The notes: generated by a model not told the origin, from the letters alone. Shown: positions 49,309 through 59,776, counted from the stretch's first letter. The stretch: DNA of 64,000 nt from an uncultured virus (IMG/VR IMGVR_UViG_3300012000_000011) (IMGVR_UViG_3300012000_000011); one strand, 5' to 3'. Numbers and translations are program-made.

Positions 49309-49785
49309 ATGAGAAGCTTTAAAAGTGTTGGTATTACTTCTGCTGAACTAACAACTCAGGAATCATCTGTAGCTCCCACACCAAAACCAATTGGTATCAT
49401 AACTCCGTTGCGTTTGGGACAAAACAACGATGGTTTACTGGGTATGCATTACACCGTTGGTGAAACCATGAAAAACAATCTTCGTGATTTGATTATGACC
49501 AACTGGGGTGAAAGATTGGCTTTGTACGATTATGGGGCAAACATTGCGCCTTTGGTAACTGAATACGAGTTAGGTAAAGGTGCATTTGATGATGCAGCAA
49601 TGCAAAGAATATCTGATGCGGTTGGTAAATGGATGCCTTATGTTGAATTGGAAAGCTTTGATAGTTCTCAACAAACGTTTGCAAGCAGCCCCGGTTTAGG
49701 TGTTGTTGTTATAACGTTAGATTATAGCATACCAAGAGCATCGATACCAACATCACGTTTGCAAATAACATTTGCGGTGAGTTAA
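49309..49785 (+). CDS. Baseplate wedge protein gp25/GPW-like
   Basis: NLRDLIMTNWGERL...YGA, I..AV.KWMPYVEL. Confidence 0.85.
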   Translation: MRSFKSVGITSAELTTQESSVAPTPKPIGIITPLRLGQNNDGLLGMHYTVGETMKNNLRDLIMTNWGERLALYDYGANIAPLVTEYELGKGAFDDAAMQRISDAVGKWMPYVELESFDSSQQTFASSPGLGVVVITLDYSIPRASIPTSRLQITFAVS

Positions 49786-49818
49786 ACTGTTTCATATCTA
49801 ACATAAGGTGACAATACA

Positions 49819-51681
49819 ATGCCAATCGATACCAGACGATCAATCACACAAATCATTAAAGAAAGAAAATATCTTAACAAAGACTTTGATAGTTTTCGTG
49901 CTGATTTAGAAGAATACGCACGCATATACTTTCCAGATCGAATTCAAGATTTTTCTGCAAACGGATTTGGTGGTTTGCTTTTAGAGCTAGCGTCTTATGT
50001 TGGTGACGTTCAAAGCTTTTATCTCGATCACCAATTTGGTGAACTTAATGCTGAAACAGCCGTTGAATCAAAGAACCTTGAAAAGCTTTTAAGAGAAGCT
50101 GGAGTTCAAATTGTTGGAGCCGCACCAGCAGTTCTACCTGTTACATTTTACGTTCGTATCCCTGTTGATACTGATGGTTCGTATAACAAAACAGCTCTTC
50201 CTATAATAAAAGAAGGCACAACTGTTAACTCCAACTTATCAGTTCAATTTCAACTAATCGATGATTTAGATTTCACTGTTACAAAAAGCGACGGAACACC
50301 GGGTATAGGTATAAGCTATGTTATTGGTGACGTTGACAACAACAACAATCCTGCAAACTTTATTTTTTCGGCAACTGGAAATTGTTTGAGTAGCGTTACA
50401 ACCACTGAATCATTTCCTGTTAATGGATTTGAACCGTTTAAAAGATACACACTTCAAAACCGAGACGTAACTGACATTATATCAGTTATTGATAGTGACG
50501 GCAACAACTACTACGAAGTTGATTATCTAACACAAGATACTGTTTTTAAATCTGTAAGAAATAGAAATCCTGCTTCAACCGCTGCGCCAACCGAACAATA
50601 TGTTGAAGCTAATTTAGAGATTCAACCAGCACCATTTAGATTTTATCGTACAACAGCACTTGCAACACGTTTAACAACATTAACCTTTGGTGGCGGTTCT
50701 GGGCAAACAATGAATGACGATCTTGTACCAGATCCTTCTGAAGCGGCTTTGCCTTTGTATGGCCGTAAGAACTTTTCTAGGTTTACGATTGACCCAAACA
50801 ATCTTTTAAGAACATCAACATTGGGAGCTATAGCTCCAAACGTAACAATCACAGTAACATATCGTGCAGGTGGAGGTTTAAGTCATAATGTACCTCCACA
50901 AAGCATTGTAGATATAGCAACGTTGCTAACAGAGTTTCCAAACAATCCATCATCAGCAATTGCCGCAGATGTTAGAGCTTCTGCTGATGCAAACAACAAC
51001 GTGTCTGGTGCGGGTGGTGCAGATGCACCAACTTTAGATGAACTTCGTATTCAAATCCCAAGTGCTAGAGCAGCACAATCACGCATTGTAAGCAAAGAAG
51101 ATTTAATGGCAAGAATATATTCATTGCCAGCAAACTTTGGCCGTGTATATCGTGCTTCGATAAAAAACAATCCTGACAACCCGAACAGTGCTTTGCTTTA
51201 TATCTTGTGTCGTAACAATTTAAACCAACTAATACTAGCTCCAGACCTTCTTAAAAAGAACATAGCAGTATATCTCAATCAATATCGTATGATTTCTGAT
51301 GCTATCGATATACTAGATGGACGTATTGTTAACTTACAAATCAACTATGACATAACAGTTGACCCCACATATAGCCGTCAACTAGTGTTGCAAAACGTAC
51401 AAAGCAAACTTATTCAATACTTCAATGTTGGAAACTTTCAAATGGATCAACCATTGATTTTAGACGACATAAGAAACATTATCTATAACAACGTTGGTGT
51501 GTTGAGCGTTAGAGGAATAACAGCAACAAACGTTACAGGCACTGTTGGTGATCGTGTGTATAGCGATGTTCGCTATGATATCACAACAAACTTAATCAAC
51601 AACTCAATTCTTATTCCACCACCGGGAGGAATGTTTGAAATCAAATATGTAGATTTTGATTTAGTTGGTAGAGCGGCTTAG
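49819..51681 (+). CDS. Baseplate wedge protein gp6/baseplate J-like
   Basis: YL.KDFDS.R..L, SYVGD..SFYLD, L.FG.G, GG.DA....ELR, Q.RIV..ED. Confidence 0.85.
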   Translation: MPIDTRRSITQIIKERKYLNKDFDSFRADLEEYARIYFPDRIQDFSANGFGGLLLELASYVGDVQSFYLDHQFGELNAETAVESKNLEKLLREAGVQIVGAAPAVLPVTFYVRIPVDTDGSYNKTALPIIKEGTTVNSNLSVQFQLIDDLDFTVTKSDGTPGIGISYVIGDVDNNNNPANFIFSATGNCLSSVTTTESFPVNGFEPFKRYTLQNRDVTDIISVIDSDGNNYYEVDYLTQDTVFKSVRNRNPASTAAPTEQYVEANLEIQPAPFRFYRTTALATRLTTLTFGGGSGQTMNDDLVPDPSEAALPLYGRKNFSRFTIDPNNLLRTSTLGAIAPNVTITVTYRAGGGLSHNVPPQSIVDIATLLTEFPNNPSSAIAADVRASADANNNVSGAGGADAPTLDELRIQIPSARAAQSRIVSKEDLMARIYSLPANFGRVYRASIKNNPDNPNSALLYILCRNNLNQLILAPDLLKKNIAVYLNQYRMISDAIDILDGRIVNLQINYDITVDPTYSRQLVLQNVQSKLIQYFNVGNFQMDQPLILDDIRNIIYNNVGVLSVRGITATNVTGTVGDRVYSDVRYDITTNLINNSILIPPPGGMFEIKYVDFDLVGRAA

Positions 51682-51684
51682 TTT

Positions 51685-51705
51685 GTAAAACGTTACCTCC
51701 TTACT
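51685..51705 (+). repeat. 21-nt imperfect direct repeat copy 1 flanking GIY-YIG gene
   Basis: gtaaaacgttacctccttact vs gtaaaacctgccctccttact (52761-52781), 18/21. Confidence 0.6.
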
Positions 51706-51726
51706 ATATAGTAATAGGAGAGGTAA
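51693..51726 (+). promoter_or_regulatory. RBS-sequestering hairpin with TATATA at apex
   Basis: ttacctc...gaggtaa outer stem and ttact...agtaa inner stem; covers SD ggagaggt. Confidence 0.75.
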
Positions 51727-51732
51727 AGTTTT

Positions 51733-52764
51733 ATGGAATACAAGTACGAAGGTCATTCTCTTAAGTCTGGAATTTATAAGATCACAAATAAACTAAATGG
51801 AAGAATCTATATTGGTTCTGCGAAACTTTTCAAAGTTCGCTGGAATCAGCATTCATCTTCTCTTCGTAATCAAAAGCATCAAAACAAGTTTCTTCAAGCA
51901 GATTTTAACAAATGTGGTGAAGATGCATTTCTATTTGAAGTTATTGAAGTAACTGAAGACAAATCAAAAGAAGAGCGTTTAATGATTGAAGAAGGTTATA
52001 TTAACCAATATTATGATAAAGGAAACAACTGCTACAATCTTTGTGACAGGGCGATTTCAAGGGAGGGGAATCCTAGCAAAGATCCAGAAGCAACAAGGAA
52101 TAAGCTTAAAGGAAAGACTCCTTGGAACAAGGGCAAACAAACTGGTATCGAACCGTGGAACAAAGGCAAGACTAATGTATTTGCAGAAGAAACTTTAGAA
52201 AAGATTAGGCAAGCGAGAGCGGAGCAAGTTTTTTCTGAAGAATCGAATAGAAAAAGGGCTGATAGTTTGCGTGGCAGAACTTTTTCTGACGAAGCAAAAG
52301 CGAAAATAGGTGCAGCAAACAGTGTTCTTATGAAGGAGAAGTGGGAAGATCCAGAATATCGTGAATCTCAAATAGAAAAACTAAGGTCGGTAGAACGTGT
52401 ATATACTGATGAAATGCGAGCTAGAGCGAGTGAAGCACGCAAAGGAAAGACTCACAGTGTAGAAACGATTGAAAAACTTCAAGAAACAAGGAAGAAACAG
52501 TGGGAAGACCCAGAGTTTAGAGAGAAAGTTGTAAATTCGATGAATAGCCCAGAAGCTATCGAAAACTATAGCAAAGCATCTTCAGCAAGATGGCAGGATG
52601 AAGAGTATCGCAAACGCATGATTGAATCGATACGAAATTCGATTGACAAAACGCAGAGAGCCGAAACATCAAAAAAACGGTGGGAAGATCCCGAGTATAA
52701 AGCAAAAGTTTCTGCTAAAATAAAAGCTTCATGGGAAAGACGCAAGGCACAAAAGAGTTCGTAA
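51733..52764 (+). mobile_element. Free-standing GIY-YIG homing endonuclease (NUMOD3-like and WEDPEYR repeats)
   Basis: SGIYKITNKLNGRIYIGS..R..H; PWNKG x2; WEDPEY/F x3 plus WQDEEY. Confidence 0.92.
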
Positions 52765-52781
52765 AACCTGCCCTCCTTACT
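52761..52781 (+). repeat. 21-nt imperfect direct repeat copy 2
   Basis: Matches 51685-51705 at 18/21. Confidence 0.6.
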
Positions 52782-52828
52782 TCTCTAGATTTATATAAAG
52801 CAGCTATTTACATCATAGTGGAAAAACT

Positions 52829-54418
52829 ATGTATCGTATTCTTAAAGCTGACAAAGATAGCTACGTTACCAACAAAATAATTAATAGCACACGCCCAACT
52901 ACTTCAGCTTCTACGGATGCAAACGTAGGCCAAGCTGGTACCATTGATTTGTTCAAGCTATACAACGCTACCACCGTGCCAAGCGGTACTTCTGGTGTAG
53001 AACTATCTCGTGGCCTTATTCATTTTGATTTAAATGAACTTCGTGCTCTTACTGGTTCTATTCTTAACATCAATGATTCAAGCTTTAAATGCTATGTGTC
53101 GATAAAAAATGTGTATGGTGGGCAAACTGTTCCATCAAATTATACGCTTATTCTATATCCGCTAGCAAAAGATTGGGAAGAAGGTCGTGGTAACGACGTT
53201 ATTGGTTATCGTGACTTAGATGCTGTCAACTGGTTTACTGCTTCAATTAATCCAACAGTTGTAACATGGACAAGTGGTGGAATAGGTTATGGATCAGATG
53301 TAACAGATGTTAATGCAGACTATTATCTTTCTTCTTCTCTTATTGGTAATGTTCCACTAGGCTTCTCTCAAAGCTTTGCCAGAGGTGATGAAGACTTGCT
53401 AATCGATGTAACTACAGCAGTTTCTGCTACACTTAATGGTGACATACCTGATTATGGATTTAGATTAAGTTTTTCTGGGTCACAAGAAACTGATACAGTT
53501 ACAAGATTTGTTAAACGTTTTTCTTCAAGACAAAGTAGAAACACTAATATTCATCCAGCACTTGTTGTAAAATACAACGATAGCTTTTTCGACAATCAAG
53601 CAAGTTCGTTTTTTGATTACAACAACAAAATAGGCTACTATTATTCGCCATTTGGTGTTGAATCAAACTTTATGTCTGGCAGCACTGAAGTATCTGGTTC
53701 TGGTAGCATTATTCTAGAACTAATTGCCAGCAAAAGCGTATATGTTACCGCAACAACATATAGTTTCAGTCATTCAATGTCGATAAACTATACGTCAGCA
53801 AGTTGGAATTATTTTTCTCAAAGCTTTACAGGTTCTCAAATAAGTTTTGGTGGAATATTTCAAACAGGAAGTTATTATGCTGATGTGTTTATTCCCTTGA
53901 ATACAACAGGATTATCTGGGGTTCTTAAATCAGACAAAAGCGTTGAGTTCGAAAGTGTTTGGAAGTCGCCGGATAATACCGTTATATTCGCTACAGGGTC
54001 ATCTATAACCTTCAATCAGCTTCGTGGACGTAACACCATAGTCAACACTCAAAACTACGGTATTAACATCACCAACCTAGAAGAAAACTACCCAAACAAT
54101 CAATCAACAACCTTGCAAGTTTTTGTGTACGATTTTGATCCAACTCTTAAAAGTTTTTATTTGCCTTATAAGGCTCAACCAAAAGTGTTTCCAAAGATGT
54201 ATTGGAGATTGATTGATCCATTTACAAAAGAAGTGTTGATTCCTTTTGATGACGTTGGAACAAAGCTTTCAGCGGACGGTGGTGGTATGTATTTTACTTT
54301 GTATATGCAAGACTTACCAATCAACAAACCTTTGGAAATTCAATTTTTGATCAAAGAAAACAACGAAACATATTTGATTGAAAATCAAGGGTTTAAGTTT
54401 AAGGTTATCGCATCATGA
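52829..54418 (+). CDS. Virion structural protein (baseplate/tail)
   Basis: KD.Y..., SRGLIHFDL, PL.KDW.EG.G, TKLS.D..GMYF; Ser/Thr/Gly-rich; synteny. Confidence 0.65.
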   Translation: MYRILKADKDSYVTNKIINSTRPTTSASTDANVGQAGTIDLFKLYNATTVPSGTSGVELSRGLIHFDLNELRALTGSILNINDSSFKCYVSIKNVYGGQTVPSNYTLILYPLAKDWEEGRGNDVIGYRDLDAVNWFTASINPTVVTWTSGGIGYGSDVTDVNADYYLSSSLIGNVPLGFSQSFARGDEDLLIDVTTAVSATLNGDIPDYGFRLSFSGSQETDTVTRFVKRFSSRQSRNTNIHPALVVKYNDSFFDNQASSFFDYNNKIGYYYSPFGVESNFMSGSTEVSGSGSIILELIASKSVYVTATTYSFSHSMSINYTSASWNYFSQSFTGSQISFGGIFQTGSYYADVFIPLNTTGLSGVLKSDKSVEFESVWKSPDNTVIFATGSSITFNQLRGRNTIVNTQNYGINITNLEENYPNNQSTTLQVFVYDFDPTLKSFYLPYKAQPKVFPKMYWRLIDPFTKEVLIPFDDVGTKLSADGGGMYFTLYMQDLPINKPLEIQFLIKENNETYLIENQGFKFKVIAS

Positions 54419-57400
54419 CAACATTACCAACATCAATTCAAAGATTGGTTGCTTTACGTCCCGGTGTTTTCAGTCCATCATTGGTTCGTGGAGTTATTGA
54501 TCCAGATGGAGGATTGTCAACCTTTTCTTCAGAAAACGGAGCGTTCTTAACTCAAGCACCTGTTGGAGAAACAGGATCGTTTCGTTATGATCCAATAGGT
54601 TCTGGTATTAAATCAACTCAACAACTAAATGTTGATTGGAGTTTGTTTGAAAACCATGTGTTTTTCAACAGTGCTCAAGTAAAAGTTAACGCAGCTTTTA
54701 ACAAAATCTTTGATCGTTATCCTTTTGACGGAACTCAAAAAGAAACCGAACTTTTCTACGATCAAATGACAGGTTATGAAAACTATGTGTTTACAAATCT
54801 TCCAAAGCACAAAGGTTATCTTTTCTTTTCTGGCAGTAACATTGGCGATACACCAGTAAGAGGTACGTGGATTACCGTAAAAGATAGCGCAGGCACATCG
54901 TTTCCTTTTCTTACAAAGAATCCAAACGGTGCTAGCAGGCTTGATCCAACATCGGGTTCAGTCTCGTTTCAGTTTCAAATCTATGCTGCATCAGGTTCTA
55001 ACTCAAACCAAATGGTTTTCCAAAAACTCGAAACTTTAAGCGCAACCGAACAACATGGTTTTGGTTGCTTTCTTTCGAGTTCTACGGCCCCTACAGCGAG
55101 CTTAACATTCTTTGTTGCCTCTGGGTCAACAAACGTTATGTCTGCCACTGTTGAGCTTGTTAAAGAGTCTTGGACGCCTATTACATTTACTTGGAACAGA
55201 ACAAGTGGTATCAATCAATTGTTTGGTTATGTAAGTGGTTCATTGGTTGCAACAAGCAGTCAAGTTACAATTCGTAACTTGAATTTTCCAACAGCCAGTT
55301 TGCTTATTGGGACAGGAAGTAACATTCTTGCACCATTGTTTACACCAGCAACAACATTCTCTGGAGCTATAGACGAGTTTCGTTATTTCAAGCGTGTTGT
55401 TTCTACCGATGAAATGATATCGTATCAAAGCAGCAGCATATATGCTGAACCAGAACTTGCTTTGTACTTTAAGTTTAATGAGCCAAGTGGATCAACTACA
55501 AACCTTGTTTTAGATTCTTCTGGTAAAGGTATGCATGGCACATTAAATGGCTATGCGTTAAACATCTTAAAAGTAAGAGATATCAACACAGGTTCTTATA
55601 TGGGCGAAAGCCCAATGATTTATGAAGACATAAGAAAATGTCCGATATTGTTTCCAGATCAACCAGAAGTTGTAACATATCGTGAGAACCTTATTTCTGA
55701 TGGAGCTTCATACGATTCTTACAACCCAAACATCATAACAAAGCTTGTACCAAAGCAATATTTCACATATGGACAAGAACAAGCTGCGTTGGAAACCGAA
55801 GAAGGTGAAATCAATGAGTTGCAATATGGTTCTGAACCAAACACAGCAGCTCTTGGCAGCACACAAACTTTGTTAAGTTTGCTTTATCTTTGGGCAGGAT
55901 TCTTTGACGAAATCAAATTGTTTCTTGATGCGTTTTCAACATTAAGACACGTTGATTATGACCAAAATGACACAGCCCCAGATGCGTTTTTAAAACAACT
56001 TGCTGATTTTTACGGCTTGGATCTTCCACCTTTGTTTATTGGTTCAGATGTTAATCAGTTCATTAACGGAACCAACGTTACACCAACCATTGTTAACAGC
56101 GAATATACCCTTCAATATCTACAAAATCAAATCTGGCGTAGGATATTGATTAATGCCAACGACATTCTTAAAAGCAAAGGTACAATACACAGCATCAAAG
56201 CTTTTTTAAGAGCGGTTGGTATTGATGGAGACAACATTTTTAGATTCAAAGAATATGGTGGACCAACACAACGTACACTTGATTCTTTGCGTGAGTCAAG
56301 AAATGAAATCGGAACAACGTTAAACTTTAAAGCTGGTGGTTATGTAAAAACACCATATCTTTCTGGGAGCAGAGTTGAACCGGGATATCCAACACCTGTT
56401 GGATCATTTGTTGTCGATCCTAATACTGGACATAACATAGGAACAACAAACGTTAACGACGGTTTGTTTACAAGTGGTTCATGGACATACGAAGGTATTT
56501 ACAACTATTCTGGTACACCTAGTACCAGTTCTGTTCAAAGCCTTGTACGCATTATGTCTACAGGTTCTAGCAACGTAGAAAATGTGTTAGCTAACTTGTA
56601 TGCAACAACTGGGTCAGGTGTTACGTTGTACGTCAACCCAAACTCAACTGTTGGAGCAACTGCTTTAACAATGAGCATAACAACACCCGACATTATGAAC
56701 GGTCAAGCTTGGAACATAAGCTTTGGTAGAGTTCGTGGTGATTCTATTAACCAAGTATCTTCGTCTTACTTTTTGCGTGTTGGTAGAAACAACCTTGGAA
56801 GTATTGTAGAAGAGTACACAACAAGTTCTTATTACGATGATAACTTTGGGTCTAACTCTGCTAACAATATGTGGCAAGTTATCAATGGAACATATAATGG
56901 TTCTGGTTCTTTTCTAGCGTTTGGTAGCGGTAGCACAACAATTGCCACAACCAATCGATTTGTTAACGAACATCCGTTACAAACGTTTGATGGTAAGATA
57001 ACGCAAATGCGTTGGTGGAGCGAAGGATTAACTCTTGACGAATGGAGAGAACACGTAAGAGACTATAAGAGCCTTGGTGTACAAGATCCGTTGGTTAACT
57101 TCAACTTTGAAAACTTTAGAAGCGGATCATTCCAAAAACTTCGTGGTGATTGGAACACAGATCAAATTGAGTTGATGACAGACTCAACAGGTTCAATTCA
57201 AATCTTTGACTTTTCTCAGCATTATCTACATGCTAGCGGTACTGGATTCCCTGTAACGTCTTCTGTTATCATCCCAGAACGATTTTACTATTCGTTTATT
57301 TCTCCAAACTTTGATGAAGCTGTAACAGATCAAAAGGTTCGTGTAAGAAGCTATCAAAGCTTGGATTATGTCGATCAAGACGTTGGTTCGTATTCTCAAG

Positions 57401-57870
57401 CAGCTCCTATATACGAGATTCAACAAGAACAAATACCCGAAGACAATGCTAAGTTCAGCATTGATTTTTCTATCGTTGACTCACTAAACCAAGACATGAT
57501 TGGAATGTTTTCTTCGTTGGATATATTCAACAACATTCTTGGAGCCCCAGATATGATGTTTTCTCCAGATTACCCAGATCTAGAATCATTGCGAGACATA
57601 TACTTTAACCGACTAACAACTCAGTTAAACATTCGTGGCTTCTTTGAGTTTTATCAATGGTTTAATACCAACATGGGTAAGTTTATTGAACAACTACTGC
57701 CAAGAAAAACAAAGTTTAAAGGCATCAACTATGTGATTCAATCTCACATGCTTGAACGTCCAAAACTTGAATACCACTTCGAAGATATCTACGTGGGCGT
57801 CAATAACAGAAATCGTCAAAAAGAAGTGCTTTTACTGCAACTTTTCACCGGTACGTTAAAAAAATATTAG
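54415..57870 (+). CDS. Large baseplate wedge protein (gp7/P2-I-like segment) with LamG-like domains
   Basis: FFNSA..KV, FSGAIDEFR, L.YFKFNE, IWRRIL.N...I.KSKGT..SIKAFLR..G, SHMLERPK. Confidence 0.7.
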   Translation: MTTLPTSIQRLVALRPGVFSPSLVRGVIDPDGGLSTFSSENGAFLTQAPVGETGSFRYDPIGSGIKSTQQLNVDWSLFENHVFFNSAQVKVNAAFNKIFDRYPFDGTQKETELFYDQMTGYENYVFTNLPKHKGYLFFSGSNIGDTPVRGTWITVKDSAGTSFPFLTKNPNGASRLDPTSGSVSFQFQIYAASGSNSNQMVFQKLETLSATEQHGFGCFLSSSTAPTASLTFFVASGSTNVMSATVELVKESWTPITFTWNRTSGINQLFGYVSGSLVATSSQVTIRNLNFPTASLLIGTGSNILAPLFTPATTFSGAIDEFRYFKRVVSTDEMISYQSSSIYAEPELALYFKFNEPSGSTTNLVLDSSGKGMHGTLNGYALNILKVRDINTGSYMGESPMIYEDIRKCPILFPDQPEVVTYRENLISDGASYDSYNPNIITKLVPKQYFTYGQEQAALETEEGEINELQYGSEPNTAALGSTQTLLSLLYLWAGFFDEIKLFLDAFSTLRHVDYDQNDTAPDAFLKQLADFYGLDLPPLFIGSDVNQFINGTNVTPTIVNSEYTLQYLQNQIWRRILINANDILKSKGTIHSIKAFLRAVGIDGDNIFRFKEYGGPTQRTLDSLRESRNEIGTTLNFKAGGYVKTPYLSGSRVEPGYPTPVGSFVVDPNTGHNIGTTNVNDGLFTSGSWTYEGIYNYSGTPSTSSVQSLVRIMSTGSSNVENVLANLYATTGSGVTLYVNPNSTVGATALTMSITTPDIMNGQAWNISFGRVRGDSINQVSSSYFLRVGRNNLGSIVEEYTTSSYYDDNFGSNSANNMWQVINGTYNGSGSFLAFGSGSTTIATTNRFVNEHPLQTFDGKITQMRWWSEGLTLDEWREHVRDYKSLGVQDPLVNFNFENFRSGSFQKLRGDWNTDQIELMTDSTGSIQIFDFSQHYLHASGTGFPVTSSVIIPERFYYSFISPNFDEAVTDQKVRVRSYQSLDYVDQDVGSYSQAAPIYEIQQEQIPEDNAKFSIDFSIVDSLNQDMIGMFSSLDIFNNILGAPDMMFSPDYPDLESLRDIYFNRLTTQLNIRGFFEFYQWFNTNMGKFIEQLLPRKTKFKGINYVIQSHMLERPKLEYHFEDIYVGVNNRNRQKEVLLLQLFTGTLKKY
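57805..57870 (+). repeat. 66-nt direct repeat copy 1 (last 21 codons + stop of 54415-57870)
   Basis: 53/66 identical to 58661-58726; encodes NRNRQKEVLLLQLFTGTLKKY*. Confidence 0.95.
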
Positions 57871-57873
57871 CAA

Positions 57874-57909
57874 AAACCTCCCCCACGATATACCTATATT
57901 TGGGAGTTT
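57874..57909 (+). promoter_or_regulatory. RBS-sequestering hairpin with TAnnTA loop
   Basis: aaac(c)tccc pairs with gggagttt; loop contains gatatacctata. Confidence 0.6.
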
Positions 57910-57911
57910 AT

Positions 57912-58661
57912 ATGATTTTTTTGTATGAAGGGAAGAGTAAATCAAGCGGCATCTACCATATCCATAACAAACATACTAATCGGTATTATATCGGGCAGTC
58001 AAAAGAGTTCAAAGAACGTTGGAAAAATCATTCTTGGAGCTTGTTACAGCAAAAACAACAAAACAAATATTTTCAGTCCGATTTTAATCTGTGTTTTTCA
58101 GAGCTTGGACATACCGATTTCCTAGAATTTAAGATTATTGAACTACTTCCTGATTCTAAAAAGGAAGACCGAAACAAACGAGAAGATTGGTGGATATCAG
58201 AATATAAGCGGCAAGGTAAACAACTATATAACTTCGTAACGAACAACTGTTCGACCGAACATGTCCATTCACATGACCCAGAAACCACAAAACGAAAATT
58301 GTCTGATGCCGCTAAAAAAAGATGGCAAAAGCCGGAATACCGTGACAAAGTTTTGGAGGTATTAAAAAATCGTCCAGCGGAAGGTTATAGACATACCGAT
58401 GAGGCTAAAGAACGTATAAAAAAAGCTATGTCAACACCAGAAAACAAAAAAAGATTATCTGAGTTGTGCCAAACAAAAAAACCACACACAAAAACTCATG
58501 ATGTAAGATTGGTTTCGCCAGATGGTACAATTTATGGCCCTATAACAAACATGGCGGAGTTTTGCAGAACCCACGGCATTCATCCACGATCTATGCGACT
58601 GCTTCGTAATGGTACGCTTTTGGAAACAAAAGGCTGGAAACTTTTAAAAGAATATATATGA
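57912..58661 (+). mobile_element. Free-standing GIY-YIG homing endonuclease
   Basis: SGIYHIHNKHTNRYYIGQS.EF.ERW; C-terminal L.SPDG..Y...NMAEFCR.HG...KGW; ATG 57912 follows GGGAG. Confidence 0.9.
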
Positions 58662-58726
58662 ATAGAAATCGTCAAAAAGAAGTGATTTTGTTGCAACTAT
58701 TCACTGGTATACTTAAGAAATACTAA
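58658..58726 (+). repeat. 66-nt repeat copy 2, forming 22-aa mini-ORF MNRNRQKEVILLQLFTGILKKY
   Basis: ATG overlaps endonuclease stop (ATGA); its TAA overlaps the AAGGA RBS of the 58739 gene. Confidence 0.9.
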
Positions 58727-58738
58727 GGAAAACCAAAC

Positions 58739-59776
58739 ATGCCATACTGGGTTACTGATACATCTTTTAAACCGTTTGTTGATATAGCAGATTACTACGG
58801 TAGAACAAATCGGTATCTTACTGTATCTGGTGGTATGCCAACCAAAGAAATCGACATATATCGTGAAGGTGTTAACCTACGCACAATACAAGACGTTTAC
58901 AGTTCAAATCAACCAAAGATTATTTTTCAAGATGGTACGCAAGATCGGTTAACTGAACCAAACGGAGAAATGTTGCATCAATCTCCGTTTGCAACATATG
59001 GTCAAGCTGGAGACTATATCCAATATACTTCCAACACTTTGTTTAATGATTCTCATGTTGGTATTGAAGGAACCTTGTTGGTTGGTGGAAAAAGAATAAG
59101 CAAAACAACAAATTATTTGATTGAATCTGGTCTTATTGTTGAAGGATATTTGAACGCTGATGACGTTTATCCGATTTATATGAACGGTGGACCACAGTTT
59201 TATGAAGAATCGATTATAGAACCGTTTCCTATGCCTTTTCGTCTTGCAACCAACGAAAGTCCGCAAGAACAAATACGAGGCGTATACGCTTTTCTAGAAG
59301 CTGGCAACATTGGTGATGAACGTAGATTCGGTACCGATGTTGTTGAACAAATGGTTTATCGTGAAGAACCTAAAATGGTTCGTTCGTTCTTGGAATATGG
59401 TGCCGGATATATACTTGTTACAGCAAGCAACGGAACCGTTATTGGTGTAATCGATACAAGACCTAATGCGATTATGGATCAAACTGTTCAACCAAGAATC
59501 GAACCTTGGGTCGATCAGCCTAATGGTGCGTTCTTTCCAGAACTAACCAACACAACAAATTTGTTAAGCGTTCAAGTTACTTCTAGCGTTGTTAACTTGA
59601 ATGGTGAAGTTGTTGGTTCAATTGTTCAACCATTTTTTAGTGAAAATTATGAGATAAGTGATTCAAACTTACAAACGAGAGATCAAAAAAGTGCAACAGC
59701 AGGATTCACATATGGTAACGTTGCTTTGTATGGTACGGACTCAGTTGCATTTGGTGGATATTATCGTGGAGCATAA
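58739..59776 (+). CDS. Putative virion structural protein
   Basis: C-terminal SATAGF.Y...GTDSVAFGG; synteny in tail operon. Confidence 0.6.
   Translation: MPYWVTDTSFKPFVDIADYYGRTNRYLTVSGGMPTKEIDIYREGVNLRTIQDVYSSNQPKIIFQDGTQDRLTEPNGEMLHQSPFATYGQAGDYIQYTSNTLFNDSHVGIEGTLLVGGKRISKTTNYLIESGLIVEGYLNADDVYPIYMNGGPQFYEESIIEPFPMPFRLATNESPQEQIRGVYAFLEAGNIGDERRFGTDVVEQMVYREEPKMVRSFLEYGAGYILVTASNGTVIGVIDTRPNAIMDQTVQPRIEPWVDQPNGAFFPELTNTTNLLSVQVTSSVVNLNGEVVGSIVQPFFSENYEISDSNLQTRDQKSATAGFTYGNVALYGTDSVAFGGYYRGA

Noticed and set aside
57805..58726. Diversity-generating retroelement TR/VR pair
   Set aside because: Mismatches are not adenine-specific, are mostly synonymous, and no reverse transcriptase is in the window
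7003..58738. Group I introns or inteins housing the three complete GIY-YIG genes
   Set aside because: Flanking genes have their own stops and starts and the non-coding flanks are under ~80 nt, too short for a ribozyme core; the 63384 case remains open
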